DNA of 61,092 nucleotides from a bacterium (lineage in GTDB: Bacteria > Patescibacteriota > Microgenomatia > JAMCZE01): the NCBI GenBank assembly GCA_021788195.1, contig JAJYKY010000001.1, forward strand, positions 1-61,092, given 5' to 3'. Below are positions 27,082 through 35,879 of the stretch, one piece after another. The position numbers and the translations under genes are program-made. Positions within the stretch are counted from its first letter, which is position 1. Each line of letters starts with the position of its first letter. Under the pieces are notes generated by a model. It was given only the letters and a program-made list of their open reading frames with translations. It ran no database searches and was not told where the DNA came from.

Positions 27082-28534
27082 AAAAATCAAAGAATATAAC
27101 CCCGAGGTGGACACTGCCCTGATCCGGAAAGCTTACCGGTTTGCCCAGGACGCCCATTTCGGTCACAAACGAAAATCCGGAGAGCCATATTTTATCCACC
27201 TTTTGGCCACAGCCATGATCCTTTCCGAGTGGAAAATGGACACGGCTTCGATTGTGGCCGGATTCCTGCATGACTCAGTCGAAGACGGAGCGGCTAAAAG
27301 AGAAGATTTATTAAAAGAGTTCGGCGAAACCGTGACCGGCCTGGTGGACGGGGTGACGAAAGTGGGGGAAATCCATCTGCGTAATTCTACCAACGAAGAA
27401 TTTGTCGAAAATCTTCGGAAAATGTTTCTGGCGATGGCCCGCGACCTTCGGGTGGTCACTATCAAACTAGCCGACCGTCTCCATAACATGCGGACTTTGG
27501 AATTCCAGCCGCCGCAAAAGCAAAAAGAGGTGGCCCGGGAAACTTTGGAAGTATACGCCCCGCTGGCCGAACGGCTGGGGATGGGTGAAGTGAAAGGAGA
27601 ACTGGAGGACCTGTCTTTCCCCTATCTTTTTCCCGAAGACTATAAATGGTTAAAAAGTTACAGCGCTCCGGCTTACAAAGAAGCCGAGGATCATGTCCGG
27701 GACGCCAAACGGAAACTGTTAACCAATCTGGCCGGGGAAAACATTCAGGCGACAATCCACGGCCGATCCAAACATATTTACAGTCTCTACCGAAAGCTTT
27801 TGCGGCCGGAAATAAACAAAGACATTTCTCAGATCCATGACCTGGTCGCTCTACGGATCCTGGTAAAGAGTGTCGAGGATTGCTACATGGCCCTGGGCGT
27901 TATTCACAAAACCTACAAACCGGTCCCGGCTCTCGGGATTTCCGATTATATTGCCGTTCCGAAACCCAATGGTTACCGGTCAATCCACACCAAAGTTTTC
28001 GGCCCCGGCGGGCGGATTATCGAAATTCAAATCAGAACCACCGAAATGCACGATGAAGCGGAAAATGGTGTGGCGGCCCACTGGTACTATTCGCATGTTA
28101 AAAACCAGAGTCTTTCTTCGGCGGACCGGGATAAAAAAGCTTTTGCTCCGGAAGACAAACTTAACTGGGTTAAACAGATCGCCAACTGGCAAAAAGAGGT
28201 CGCCGATAACCGGGAATTTTTGCAAACCTTAAAAATTGATGCCTTGTCCCACCGGATTTTTGTGTTTACTCCCAAAGGGGATGTTAAAGATCTGCCGGCC
28301 GGAGCGACCCCGATTGATTTTGCCTATGCCGTTCATACCGATCTCGGAAAACATCTCGGCGGGGCTAAAGTCAACGGGAAGATTGTCCCGCTTGACCATA
28401 AACTTAAATCCGGCAACGTCTGTGAAATAATTTTAACGAAAGAGCCAAGGAAACCCAATGCCGACTGGCTGGAATTTGTCGTCACCAATCTGGCCAAAAG
28501 AGAAATTAATCGAAGAGAGAGAAAATCTGCTTAA
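27065..28534 (+). CDS. relA: (p)ppGpp synthetase/hydrolase Rel, truncated after the TGS domain
   Basis: HD hydrolase (HLLATA...LHDSVED), synthetase (RSKHIYSLYRKL, GYRSIHT, EIQIRT), TGS (VFTPKGDVKDLPAGATPIDFAY). The protein ends just after TGS. ORF track starts at TTG 27047; I prefer the ATG at 27065 (MENLIKK). Confidence 0.9.
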   Translation: MENLIKKIKEYNPEVDTALIRKAYRFAQDAHFGHKRKSGEPYFIHLLATAMILSEWKMDTASIVAGFLHDSVEDGAAKREDLLKEFGETVTGLVDGVTKVGEIHLRNSTNEEFVENLRKMFLAMARDLRVVTIKLADRLHNMRTLEFQPPQKQKEVARETLEVYAPLAERLGMGEVKGELEDLSFPYLFPEDYKWLKSYSAPAYKEAEDHVRDAKRKLLTNLAGENIQATIHGRSKHIYSLYRKLLRPEINKDISQIHDLVALRILVKSVEDCYMALGVIHKTYKPVPALGISDYIAVPKPNGYRSIHTKVFGPGGRIIEIQIRTTEMHDEAENGVAAHWYYSHVKNQSLSSADRDKKAFAPEDKLNWVKQIANWQKEVADNREFLQTLKIDALSHRIFVFTPKGDVKDLPAGATPIDFAYAVHTDLGKHLGGAKVNGKIVPLDHKLKSGNVCEIILTKEPRKPNADWLEFVVTNLAKREINRRERKSA

Positions 28535-28740
28535 TCTAATCCTCTGGATAAGTAATAATCGTAGATCTGGGCCGTTCCGTCTGCTTCCCAGGCTATCAGG
28601 CTGGTCCGGCGGAAATTGACATGCAGGTCAGCGGTTCGCCCTTCTTTAGAATCCACCCATTTTCTGGCGGCCATTAAGGCTCCCGCGTCCGGTATTACCC
28701 CCGGCGGCAGGATGGTAATTTTATCACGTTCCTTAGCCAC
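28531..28740 (-). CDS. Hypothetical protein (69 aa)
   Basis: GTG start with TAAACT 8 nt upstream. Converges on rel with a 4-nt overlap. No motif recognised. Confidence 0.35.
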   Translation of the reverse strand: MAKERDKITILPPGVIPDAGALMAARKWVDSKEGRTADLHVNFRRTSLIAWEADGTAQIYDYYLSRGLD

Positions 28741-28764
28741 GACTCTTTAGTTTACCCTGCTCCC

Positions 28765-28793
28765 TTGCGAAAAATCAAGGCAAAAGTTAAACT
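28765..28793 (+). promoter_or_regulatory. Sigma70-type promoter abutting aspS
   Basis: TTGCGA (28765-28770), 17-nt spacer, TAAACT (28788-28793), then 6 nt to the ATG at 28800. Confidence 0.5.
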
Positions 28794-28799
28794 AAAAGC

Positions 28800-30188
28800 A
28801 TGGAACGGACAGTTATTGCCGACACTGTCAATAAAATTAGCCAGACGGTTTTGTTAAAAGGCTGGGTGAATACCCGCCGGGATCACGGAAAGATTGTCTT
28901 TTTGGATCTGCGAGACCGAAGCGGCTTGGTTCAGGTTGTAGCCACGCCGGAGATTGCCGGGAAAATCGGGCCCGAGTGGGTTATCACGGTTGCCGGGGTT
29001 GTCAAAAACCGACCGGAAAAGCTGGTTAATCCGAAGATTCCTACCGGAACGGTAGAAATTGAGGCCAAAGGAATCGATGTCTTAGCCCAAAGCGAAACTC
29101 CCCCCTTTCCGTTGGAAACCGAAGGCCACGATATTGACGAAGAAACCCGGCTTAAATATCGTTACCTCGATCTGCGCCGCCCCCGGCTGCAAAGAAACCT
29201 CCGGTTGCGCAACGAAGTTATTCAGAAAATGCGCCGGTATCTGTTGGAACGCGGCTTTTGGGAGGTAGAAACACCTATTTTAACCAAAGCCACCCCGGAA
29301 GGGGCCCGAGATTTTCTGGTGCCATCAAGGCTCCAGCCAGGAAACTTTTACGCCCTCCCGCAATCACCCCAGCAATATAAACAGCTCTTAATGGTCGCCG
29401 GGGTGGAAAAATATTTTCAGATTGCCCGGTGCTTCCGGGACGAAGATCCGCGGGCCGACAGGGCGTATGGCGAGTTTACTCAGTTGGATATTGAGATGTC
29501 TTTTGTGGCTCAGGAAGAGATCCGTAATTTAGTCGAAGAACTTTATATCGAAATTGTTACTGAGATTTTTCCCGGGAAAAAAATCAGTCAAATTCCTTTT
29601 CCGGCCCTAACCTACGCCGAGGCTATGAAAAAATACGGAACGGATAAACCGGATTTGCGAAAAGATAAAAATGATCCCAACGAACTGGCTTTCGGCTGGA
29701 TTGTCGATTTTCCTCTTTTTGAATGGAAAGAGCAGGAAAACCGCTGGGATGCCATGCATCACCCGTTTACTGCTCCCAAGGCCGAAGATATCGACTTTTT
29801 GTATTACGGCGACCCCAAAGATTTCGGCAAACTTCGGGCCGACCAGTACGATTTTGTTTTAAACGGTTTTGAAATCGGCGGCGGCAGCATTCGAATTGCC
29901 GATCCCAAACTTCAGGCCCGGATTTTTGAAATTTTAGGCCACAGTCCGGCGAATATCGAAAAGAAATTCGGACATCTTTTATCTGCTTTTAGATACGGTG
30001 TCCCGCCCCATGGGGGGATTGCCCCGGGTATCGACCGATTTCTGATGGTAATATTAAATGAGCCGACTCTTCGGGAAGTAATCGCTTTTCCCACTTCGGC
30101 TTCCGGACGGACGGCAGTAATGGAAGCCCCTTCCAATGTTGATGAAGAGCAGCTTAAAGAGCTTAAAATTAAAATACCGCAAAAATAG
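28800..30188 (+). CDS. aspS: Aspartyl-tRNA synthetase, bacterial type but lacking the GAD insertion domain
   Basis: 462-aa ORF. OB N-domain, QSPQQYKQLLM, motif 2 FRDEDPRADRAYGEFTQLD, motif 3 GIAPGIDR. TDKPDLR is joined to FGWIVDFPLFE by only ~13 residues. Confidence 0.92.
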   Translation: MERTVIADTVNKISQTVLLKGWVNTRRDHGKIVFLDLRDRSGLVQVVATPEIAGKIGPEWVITVAGVVKNRPEKLVNPKIPTGTVEIEAKGIDVLAQSETPPFPLETEGHDIDEETRLKYRYLDLRRPRLQRNLRLRNEVIQKMRRYLLERGFWEVETPILTKATPEGARDFLVPSRLQPGNFYALPQSPQQYKQLLMVAGVEKYFQIARCFRDEDPRADRAYGEFTQLDIEMSFVAQEEIRNLVEELYIEIVTEIFPGKKISQIPFPALTYAEAMKKYGTDKPDLRKDKNDPNELAFGWIVDFPLFEWKEQENRWDAMHHPFTAPKAEDIDFLYYGDPKDFGKLRADQYDFVLNGFEIGGGSIRIADPKLQARIFEILGHSPANIEKKFGHLLSAFRYGVPPHGGIAPGIDRFLMVILNEPTLREVIAFPTSASGRTAVMEAPSNVDEEQLKELKIKIPQK

Positions 30189-31143
30189 TCTTCTCCGATT
30201 TCTTTTAACTTTGATAGCTAAACCCTTCCGGGCCAGTCTCTTTTTAGTGACTCTAATGTTTCTCTTTTTACTTCCCGGCCAGAATTATTATCAGACCAGG
30301 ATTTTAGTTTCCCGACCGCCGTTGGTGCGCGCCAGCCAGAAAGCAAATTTCCTACCGTCGGATTATCCGGTAAAAAAATCCGAGCAATCAGTTCCGGAGC
30401 TTTCGGCAAAATCCGCTGTGGCCGTGGATGCGACTTCCGGCGTCATCTTATACGCCAAAGATCCCAACGAAAAACTTCATCCCGCCTCCATTACCAAGCT
30501 GATGACCGCCCTTGTCGCCCTGGATTACTATCCACTCGATCGTGTTCTGACGGTTAAAAGACTGGTTAACGGTTCGGAAGAATCGGAAATGGGTCTGAAA
30601 GTCGGCGACCGGCTAACCGTTAAAAATCTCCTTTACGGGTTATTGATTCCGTCGGGCAACGACGCCGCTTATACTTTAGCTGACAACTATCCCGGCGGAA
30701 TTGAGAATTTTATCTACTCAATGAATCAAAAAGCCCGGGAATTGTCACTTTTTAATACTCATTTTGAAAATCCGAGCGGATTGGATCAAGATAATCACTA
30801 TATGTCAAGCCGGGACATCAGCCGACTGGCAATGGTTGCCTTGAAACAGCCCTTGATCGCAGAAATCGTCGGGACAAACTGGGCAAGCGTCACTGACATT
30901 TCCGGCAAAAAACATTATCCTCTGCAGAATGTAAACCAGCTTCTTTTGTCCTACCGGGGGACATTCGGCATTAAAACCGGCTTTACCGACGACGCCGGTC
31001 AGTGTCTGGCTGCCGCGATCAAAAGAGGTTCCCAAACAGTTATTACCGTTGTTCTGAAATCCGATGACCGTTTTGCCGATACAAAACTTCTGGCCGGTTG
31101 GGTTTTTAGAAACTTTACCGAAACCCCGGCTGTTAATCTTTAG
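30136..31143 (+). CDS. Serine-type D-Ala-D-Ala carboxypeptidase (PBP5/S11-like)
   Basis: SxxK (ASITKLMT), SxN (IPSGNDAA), KTG (IKTGFTDDAG). N-terminal TM/signal segment. The start is uncertain because the ORF overlaps aspS by 53 nt. Confidence 0.85.
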   Translation: MLMKSSLKSLKLKYRKNSLLRFLLTLIAKPFRASLFLVTLMFLFLLPGQNYYQTRILVSRPPLVRASQKANFLPSDYPVKKSEQSVPELSAKSAVAVDATSGVILYAKDPNEKLHPASITKLMTALVALDYYPLDRVLTVKRLVNGSEESEMGLKVGDRLTVKNLLYGLLIPSGNDAAYTLADNYPGGIENFIYSMNQKARELSLFNTHFENPSGLDQDNHYMSSRDISRLAMVALKQPLIAEIVGTNWASVTDISGKKHYPLQNVNQLLLSYRGTFGIKTGFTDDAGQCLAAAIKRGSQTVITVVLKSDDRFADTKLLAGWVFRNFTETPAVNL

Positions 31144-31146
31144 GAT

Positions 31147-32223
31147 CTACTTAAGCCACAGCGGAGAAATCAGAGGGACGTAGGCCAGAAAATCCTTCCC
31201 GTCGGAAAACGCTAACACCGGCTGCAAATAAGTTTGCGCCGGGCTCGGATCAAAATAGGCCAGGTAAATTTTCCTTATGGTAATTTGTTTTTGAGCCGGA
31301 TCGGAAGGTGGCTCGGCAATAAAGCTGTGGCCCGCCTGCAAATTCTGCCATGCCTGCGGCGAAGAAATTAAAGGATAAGTCGCAAAGGTGTCCCGTTCGA
31401 CCGGAATATAACTGTAGCGGACTTCAATTACTTTTTTATTCTGGTCTGAACTGCCGGAGAAAAGGACAGATACCAACCCCTGTTTTGGGTCAGGATAAAC
31501 TATCGGGTAATTGTCCTTGTCATCCGTTATGGCTTCCCTGTGAAAAGTTACCGCCACGGCATCCGCTTCTGAAAGGCTGGAAGCCGGGACAAGGCGATTG
31601 GTATCCAGTTTAAAATAGGAAAGCCCCTTGTCCCCTGCGGAAAGATCGGCATCCAGAAGGCCAAGGTTATCAAAATAGGTTGTCGCGTCGGAAACAATCT
31701 GGTCCGGAGTATTAAAATCTTTTTGGGTAAAAACCCCGGGGTCAAAACGGTAATCATAATACAGATGGAAACTCCCTGTCGTCGCGTCATAATCCAGATG
31801 CCGAAGCGGAGAAAAGTTATCGCGAAACCTCCAGGAATTTATCTTGCCGGCAATTTTTACCGGTTCAGAATTGAATCCGATCCGCTCTGCTTGGGCTTTC
31901 ATTTTCTCGTAACCGCCAAAAGTTACCGTCTCTAAGGGCATAAAATAAACTTTCATCGTCGGAGGGAGTTTGGGAAGGCCACCCCCAACTGTTTCCAGAG
32001 CGTAAGTATACGAAGACCCGGAAGCGGACTTTTCAGGAAAAGCAATGGCCGGAATCTTTCCGAAAGAAACGGTCGGCGGTGGCGGCGGGGGCGGAAAAAT
32101 TTTTTGCCAGACAAATGAGCCAACCCCCCAGAAGATTTTCAGGACCAGAAGGGCCGCGATTCCAAAAGTCGTCAGTTTGAAAACGCGTCTCGTGTAGAAA
32201 GCGGTTTCGGTTAAAGTTGCCAT
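31147..32223 (-). CDS. Membrane-anchored hypothetical protein (358 aa)
   Basis: N-terminal TM (LTTFGIAALLVLKIFWGVGSF), a PPPPPP linker and a large extracytoplasmic domain. No motif recognised. Confidence 0.55.
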   Translation of the reverse strand: MATLTETAFYTRRVFKLTTFGIAALLVLKIFWGVGSFVWQKIFPPPPPPPTVSFGKIPAIAFPEKSASGSSYTYALETVGGGLPKLPPTMKVYFMPLETVTFGGYEKMKAQAERIGFNSEPVKIAGKINSWRFRDNFSPLRHLDYDATTGSFHLYYDYRFDPGVFTQKDFNTPDQIVSDATTYFDNLGLLDADLSAGDKGLSYFKLDTNRLVPASSLSEADAVAVTFHREAITDDKDNYPIVYPDPKQGLVSVLFSGSSDQNKKVIEVRYSYIPVERDTFATYPLISSPQAWQNLQAGHSFIAEPPSDPAQKQITIRKIYLAYFDPSPAQTYLQPVLAFSDGKDFLAYVPLISPLWLK

Positions 32224-32273
32224 GGGCAGAAAGTTAGCTCCATTATCAATGTTTACTGTGCTAAAATCAATTC

Positions 32274-33503
32274 ATGAAAGTCCGCACCCGTTTTGCCCCG
32301 TCGCCGACAGGCTACTTGCATATCGGGGGACTCCGGACGGCTGCCTACGCTTTTGCTTTGGCGAAACACAACGGCGGCGACTTTCTGCTACGTCTTGAAG
32401 ATACCGATCAAAAAAGACTTGTTCCGGGGTCCGAAGAAAAAATCAAAGGGACCCTGGAAACTTTTGGTTTGAACTGGGATGAATATTATGTCCAGTCGCA
32501 AAGGCTGGAACTGTATCAGAAAGCTGCCCGAGAACTGGTTAAATCCGGCCACGCCTACGAAACCGAAGGAGCAATAAAGTTAAAAATTCCCGAAGGCGAA
32601 ACGGTTTCCTATCGTGATTTTGTTTTTAGAGAAGAAATTTCCTGGAATACCAATGATGTTTTTGAACCAGTCATCCTGAAATCCGATGGTTTTCCTACTT
32701 ATCATCTGGCCGTGGTTGTCGATGATCATGAAATGGGTATAACCCATGTCCTTCGCGGCTATGATTGGATGCCTAGTACTCCGATCCATCTTTTAATTTA
32801 TAAATACCTGGGTTACGAGTTACCGCAAATTGGCCATCTGACAGATATTCAATCCCCTGAAGGCGGAAAACTATCAAAACGTAAAGGAAATGTTTCTGTT
32901 GAACGACATCTCGATGATGGCTATTTGCCTGAAGCACTTTTAAATTTTGTCGTTCTTCTTGGTTGGGCCCCGAAAGATAACCGGGAAATGTTTACCCTTG
33001 AGGAGTTTGTGGAAAATTTTAATGAAAATGGCTTCCAAAAATCCAATCCGAGGTTTGTCCCGGACAAACTAAACTGGTTTAACCAGCAATACCTCAAAAA
33101 GCTTAGTGACGAAGAGCTGGCCGGGAAACTGACCAAATTTAGTGCTCACTCCTACGAAGAAATTTTGAAGTTAGTTCCGTTGGTTCGCGACCGGTTAGTT
33201 ACCTTAAGGGATTTTGACAGTCTGACCGAGTATTTTTTTGTCCGGCCTGAGGTCCCGGTAGAAAATAAAAAGGTTTTGGAACATGCGATTTCCGTTCTGA
33301 AAAAAGATTTCGCCGGCAAAATTCTCGAAGAAAAAGCCCGGGCATTTTGCGCCGCGAAAAATATCAAAGTGGGAGAATATTTCATGGCTTTAAGAGTGGC
33401 GGTTACCGGCAAAACCACTACCCCACCCTTGTGGGACATAATGCAGATTCTGGGAAAAGACGAAACTTTAATTCGCTTAGACCATGCCCGCTCTAAACCC
33501 TAA
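32274..33503 (+). CDS. gltX: Glutamyl-tRNA synthetase (short form)
   Basis: 409-aa ORF. HIGH (PTGYLHIGG) and KMSKS (KLSKRKG). TGcTAAAAT lies 6 nt upstream of the ATG. Confidence 0.92.
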   Translation: MKVRTRFAPSPTGYLHIGGLRTAAYAFALAKHNGGDFLLRLEDTDQKRLVPGSEEKIKGTLETFGLNWDEYYVQSQRLELYQKAARELVKSGHAYETEGAIKLKIPEGETVSYRDFVFREEISWNTNDVFEPVILKSDGFPTYHLAVVVDDHEMGITHVLRGYDWMPSTPIHLLIYKYLGYELPQIGHLTDIQSPEGGKLSKRKGNVSVERHLDDGYLPEALLNFVVLLGWAPKDNREMFTLEEFVENFNENGFQKSNPRFVPDKLNWFNQQYLKKLSDEELAGKLTKFSAHSYEEILKLVPLVRDRLVTLRDFDSLTEYFFVRPEVPVENKKVLEHAISVLKKDFAGKILEEKARAFCAAKNIKVGEYFMALRVAVTGKTTTPPLWDIMQILGKDETLIRLDHARSKP

Positions 33504-34407
33504 ACCGGATTTAAATACCAAACTTCTTTCCCGGAATTTAAAAAAGAAGAGTTTAAGTTCGGAAAGAACCCTTCGGAAAAATCACCCCATTGCGGCCGAA
33601 ATTTTCGTAAAGTTAGGATTAAAACCGGGAAAAATAAGACAGCATGCCGCCAGGCTCTTAACTTCCGGGGTTCTGGCCGGAACTTTGCTTTTATCCGCCC
33701 ATACCGGAACAGCATCGGTTTTAGGAGCCCAACTTTCCGAACAAGCTCTGACCCAGTTAACGCCGATGGCCATCCACGCCGAAATGGCTACCGAGTTAGC
33801 TGCTATCCTGCCACCGACAATCTCTCCGCTCAATTCTGACCAGGAAGATAAAATCAGCAAGCTAATGGCCAACCTTTACGGTATAAAGGCCAGTGCGATG
33901 CTTGACGGCAACAGACTTAACCAGTCTTACGGCCGGATGGGAGCCGAACAACATCTGCCCCGCTACCCCGGTGATACCGTCGAAAATCACGGCGCCTTTT
34001 TAGACAAAGGCATTACCCCGGGGCTGGGAGCCTGGGGTTATTTTGCTTATTCCTCCGAACAGCTGACGCCGGAACTGGAACAAACGGAAAAATATTATGT
34101 CGCCGTCCAGACTCTGTATCTTCCCGACTGGAACACCCGAACGGCCTACCTTCGCGACTGGTATAAATACCGCCGAGTTGTCGTTATTAATCCAGGTAAC
34201 GGGAAAGCGATTATCGCCGCCGTTGCCGATTCCGGCCCGGCTAATTTTACCGGCAAACAATTTGGTGGCTCGCCGGAAGTATTAGCTTACCTGGGAATCA
34301 ATTACGGTATGCAAAACCACCCGGTTATCCTTTTCTTTTTAAACGACCCGGAGAAAAAAATTCCCTTGGGCCCATTGGAGTACAATATAAACAAAAATCA
34401 TGAGTAA
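33484..34407 (+). CDS. Secreted protein with C-terminal RlpA-like double-psi beta-barrel (putative)
   Basis: 307-aa ORF. TM/signal (LLTSGVLAGTLLLSA). VVVINPGNGKAIIAAVADSGPANFTGKQFGGSPEVLAYLG resembles the RlpA/DPBB pattern. Confidence 0.4.
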   Translation: MPALNPKPDLNTKLLSRNLKKKSLSSERTLRKNHPIAAEIFVKLGLKPGKIRQHAARLLTSGVLAGTLLLSAHTGTASVLGAQLSEQALTQLTPMAIHAEMATELAAILPPTISPLNSDQEDKISKLMANLYGIKASAMLDGNRLNQSYGRMGAEQHLPRYPGDTVENHGAFLDKGITPGLGAWGYFAYSSEQLTPELEQTEKYYVAVQTLYLPDWNTRTAYLRDWYKYRRVVVINPGNGKAIIAAVADSGPANFTGKQFGGSPEVLAYLGINYGMQNHPVILFFLNDPEKKIPLGPLEYNINKNHE

Positions 34408-34726
34408 AATTTTTTACGACCATCTCATCTTTTTTGAAGAGATCACTGCCGAGTTGGATAATTATCAAATCTCGGTCGAAGAACGCCGGGAAATTAGTTC
34501 CCTGGCCGACGAAACCATGCACCACCGGATTCTAAACGTCATATTGAAGAATCTGCCTAAAGAAAAACACGAAGCATTTGTCCGAAGACTTCATCAAGCC
34601 CCTCACGACAGAAATCTCCTCGAAGACCTGAAAAAAGACGCCGCCGATATCGAGAAAAAAATCACGGCCGAGGCAAAAAAGGTCCGGAAGGAAATAATTG
34701 CCGAAATCAAAAAAGCCGCGGTCTAA
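34400..34726 (+). CDS. Hypothetical helical protein (108 aa)
   Basis: Intact ORF overlapping the upstream stop by 8 nt. No motif recognised. Confidence 0.45.
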   Translation: MSKIFYDHLIFFEEITAELDNYQISVEERREISSLADETMHHRILNVILKNLPKEKHEAFVRRLHQAPHDRNLLEDLKKDAADIEKKITAEAKKVRKEIIAEIKKAAV

Positions 34727-35868
34727 TTAAGAGACAAAGACAGTTCTTCGTCGGTTTCAATCTCCAAATTTTTAATCCCCGGCAGTCCGGGACCAATTAT
34801 TCCGGAAAGTTCTCCGTGAATTGATCCCGTCTGTTCCATAAGAGTCCGGATGCTTTTTTCCTGTTTGGCCCATTTGGAAGTAAACCAACGTTTCTCTTTT
34901 TCCATATCTTCCAAAAGTTGAGTATAGGCATCCATCATTGCTTCTACCCGGTGCTGAAACTGGAGACCGGTAACATATTCGTAAAGTTCGTCCTTTTTCT
35001 CGCCGGTCACCGCCGCGGATTTTTTAATCCCGGCCGCCAGAATCAGGTGATAGCGTAGAATCCAGCAAGCCCCGAGGGCGCTTCCCAAATTGGTTACCCA
35101 GATTCCTTCATGATACCCAAGATTTTCGATTTTCGGCGGCAAAACAGCGGATATTAAAATTGCTATATCCGCTCCTGATTGTCTTTGATCCTCTTTCAGT
35201 TTCCCCGCCCAGTCGTGGCTCCAAGTCTTGGTTTGTTTTGACTCCCATAAAATCCGGCCACACTCCCGGCCTGTTTTGTCAAAGACCGTTTGGAGAACAT
35301 CCCCACCCCGGACTCCCTTGGCCACCGGGTTAATCGTGTCCTGGGGGAACTCCCCCTTTAAAAGGTCTTCCAGTATTAATTCCTGAACTTCTCCCTGGGT
35401 TTGCTGGGAACCCTGTTCCAATTTCCGTCGTAAATCGTCGTTGGCCGTTCTGGCGTCGTCAAGTTTTTTCTGCATTTCCGCCAGTTTTAACCGGAATTCC
35501 TCGTCAGCCCGCTTCTGGCTTTCTTCTTTAATCCTCTCCTGTGCTGATAGAAGCCTTTTTTGCATTTCCAGTTCTCTATCTTCCCCGGCCCTTTGCATTT
35601 CCCGCAGGGTTTTGTTTAATTCCAAAAGTTTATCCGTCATTTCCCGGTTTCTTTTTTGAAGTTCTTCGGACTCGTTGGCTTTATCTTTCAGTTCCGTTTC
35701 CAAATCTTTACGGGCTTCCTCTTTAGCTTTCGCCTTCACTTCCCGGGTTTTCTCCGCCAGTTTTCTGGCAAATTCTTCCTCCACTTTGACTTCCAGCTCG
35801 TGGGTTAGAATTTCAGACAGGGGAAAGGTTTCGTGGCAATGGGGGCACTTGACCAGCTGGTCGCTCAT
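34723..35868 (-). CDS. DUF2130-like protein: N-terminal zinc ribbon, long coiled coil, C-terminal PD-(D/E)XK-like module
   Basis: 381-aa ORF. VKCPHCHETF, ~170 aa of heptad-rich E/K sequence, then GGDVLQTV...GRILWESKQTK (D...E-x-K). Confidence 0.5.
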   Translation of the reverse strand: MSDQLVKCPHCHETFPLSEILTHELEVKVEEEFARKLAEKTREVKAKAKEEARKDLETELKDKANESEELQKRNREMTDKLLELNKTLREMQRAGEDRELEMQKRLLSAQERIKEESQKRADEEFRLKLAEMQKKLDDARTANDDLRRKLEQGSQQTQGEVQELILEDLLKGEFPQDTINPVAKGVRGGDVLQTVFDKTGRECGRILWESKQTKTWSHDWAGKLKEDQRQSGADIAILISAVLPPKIENLGYHEGIWVTNLGSALGACWILRYHLILAAGIKKSAAVTGEKKDELYEYVTGLQFQHRVEAMMDAYTQLLEDMEKEKRWFTSKWAKQEKSIRTLMEQTGSIHGELSGIIGPGLPGIKNLEIETDEELSLSLN

Positions 35869-35879
35869 GGCAATCCAGA

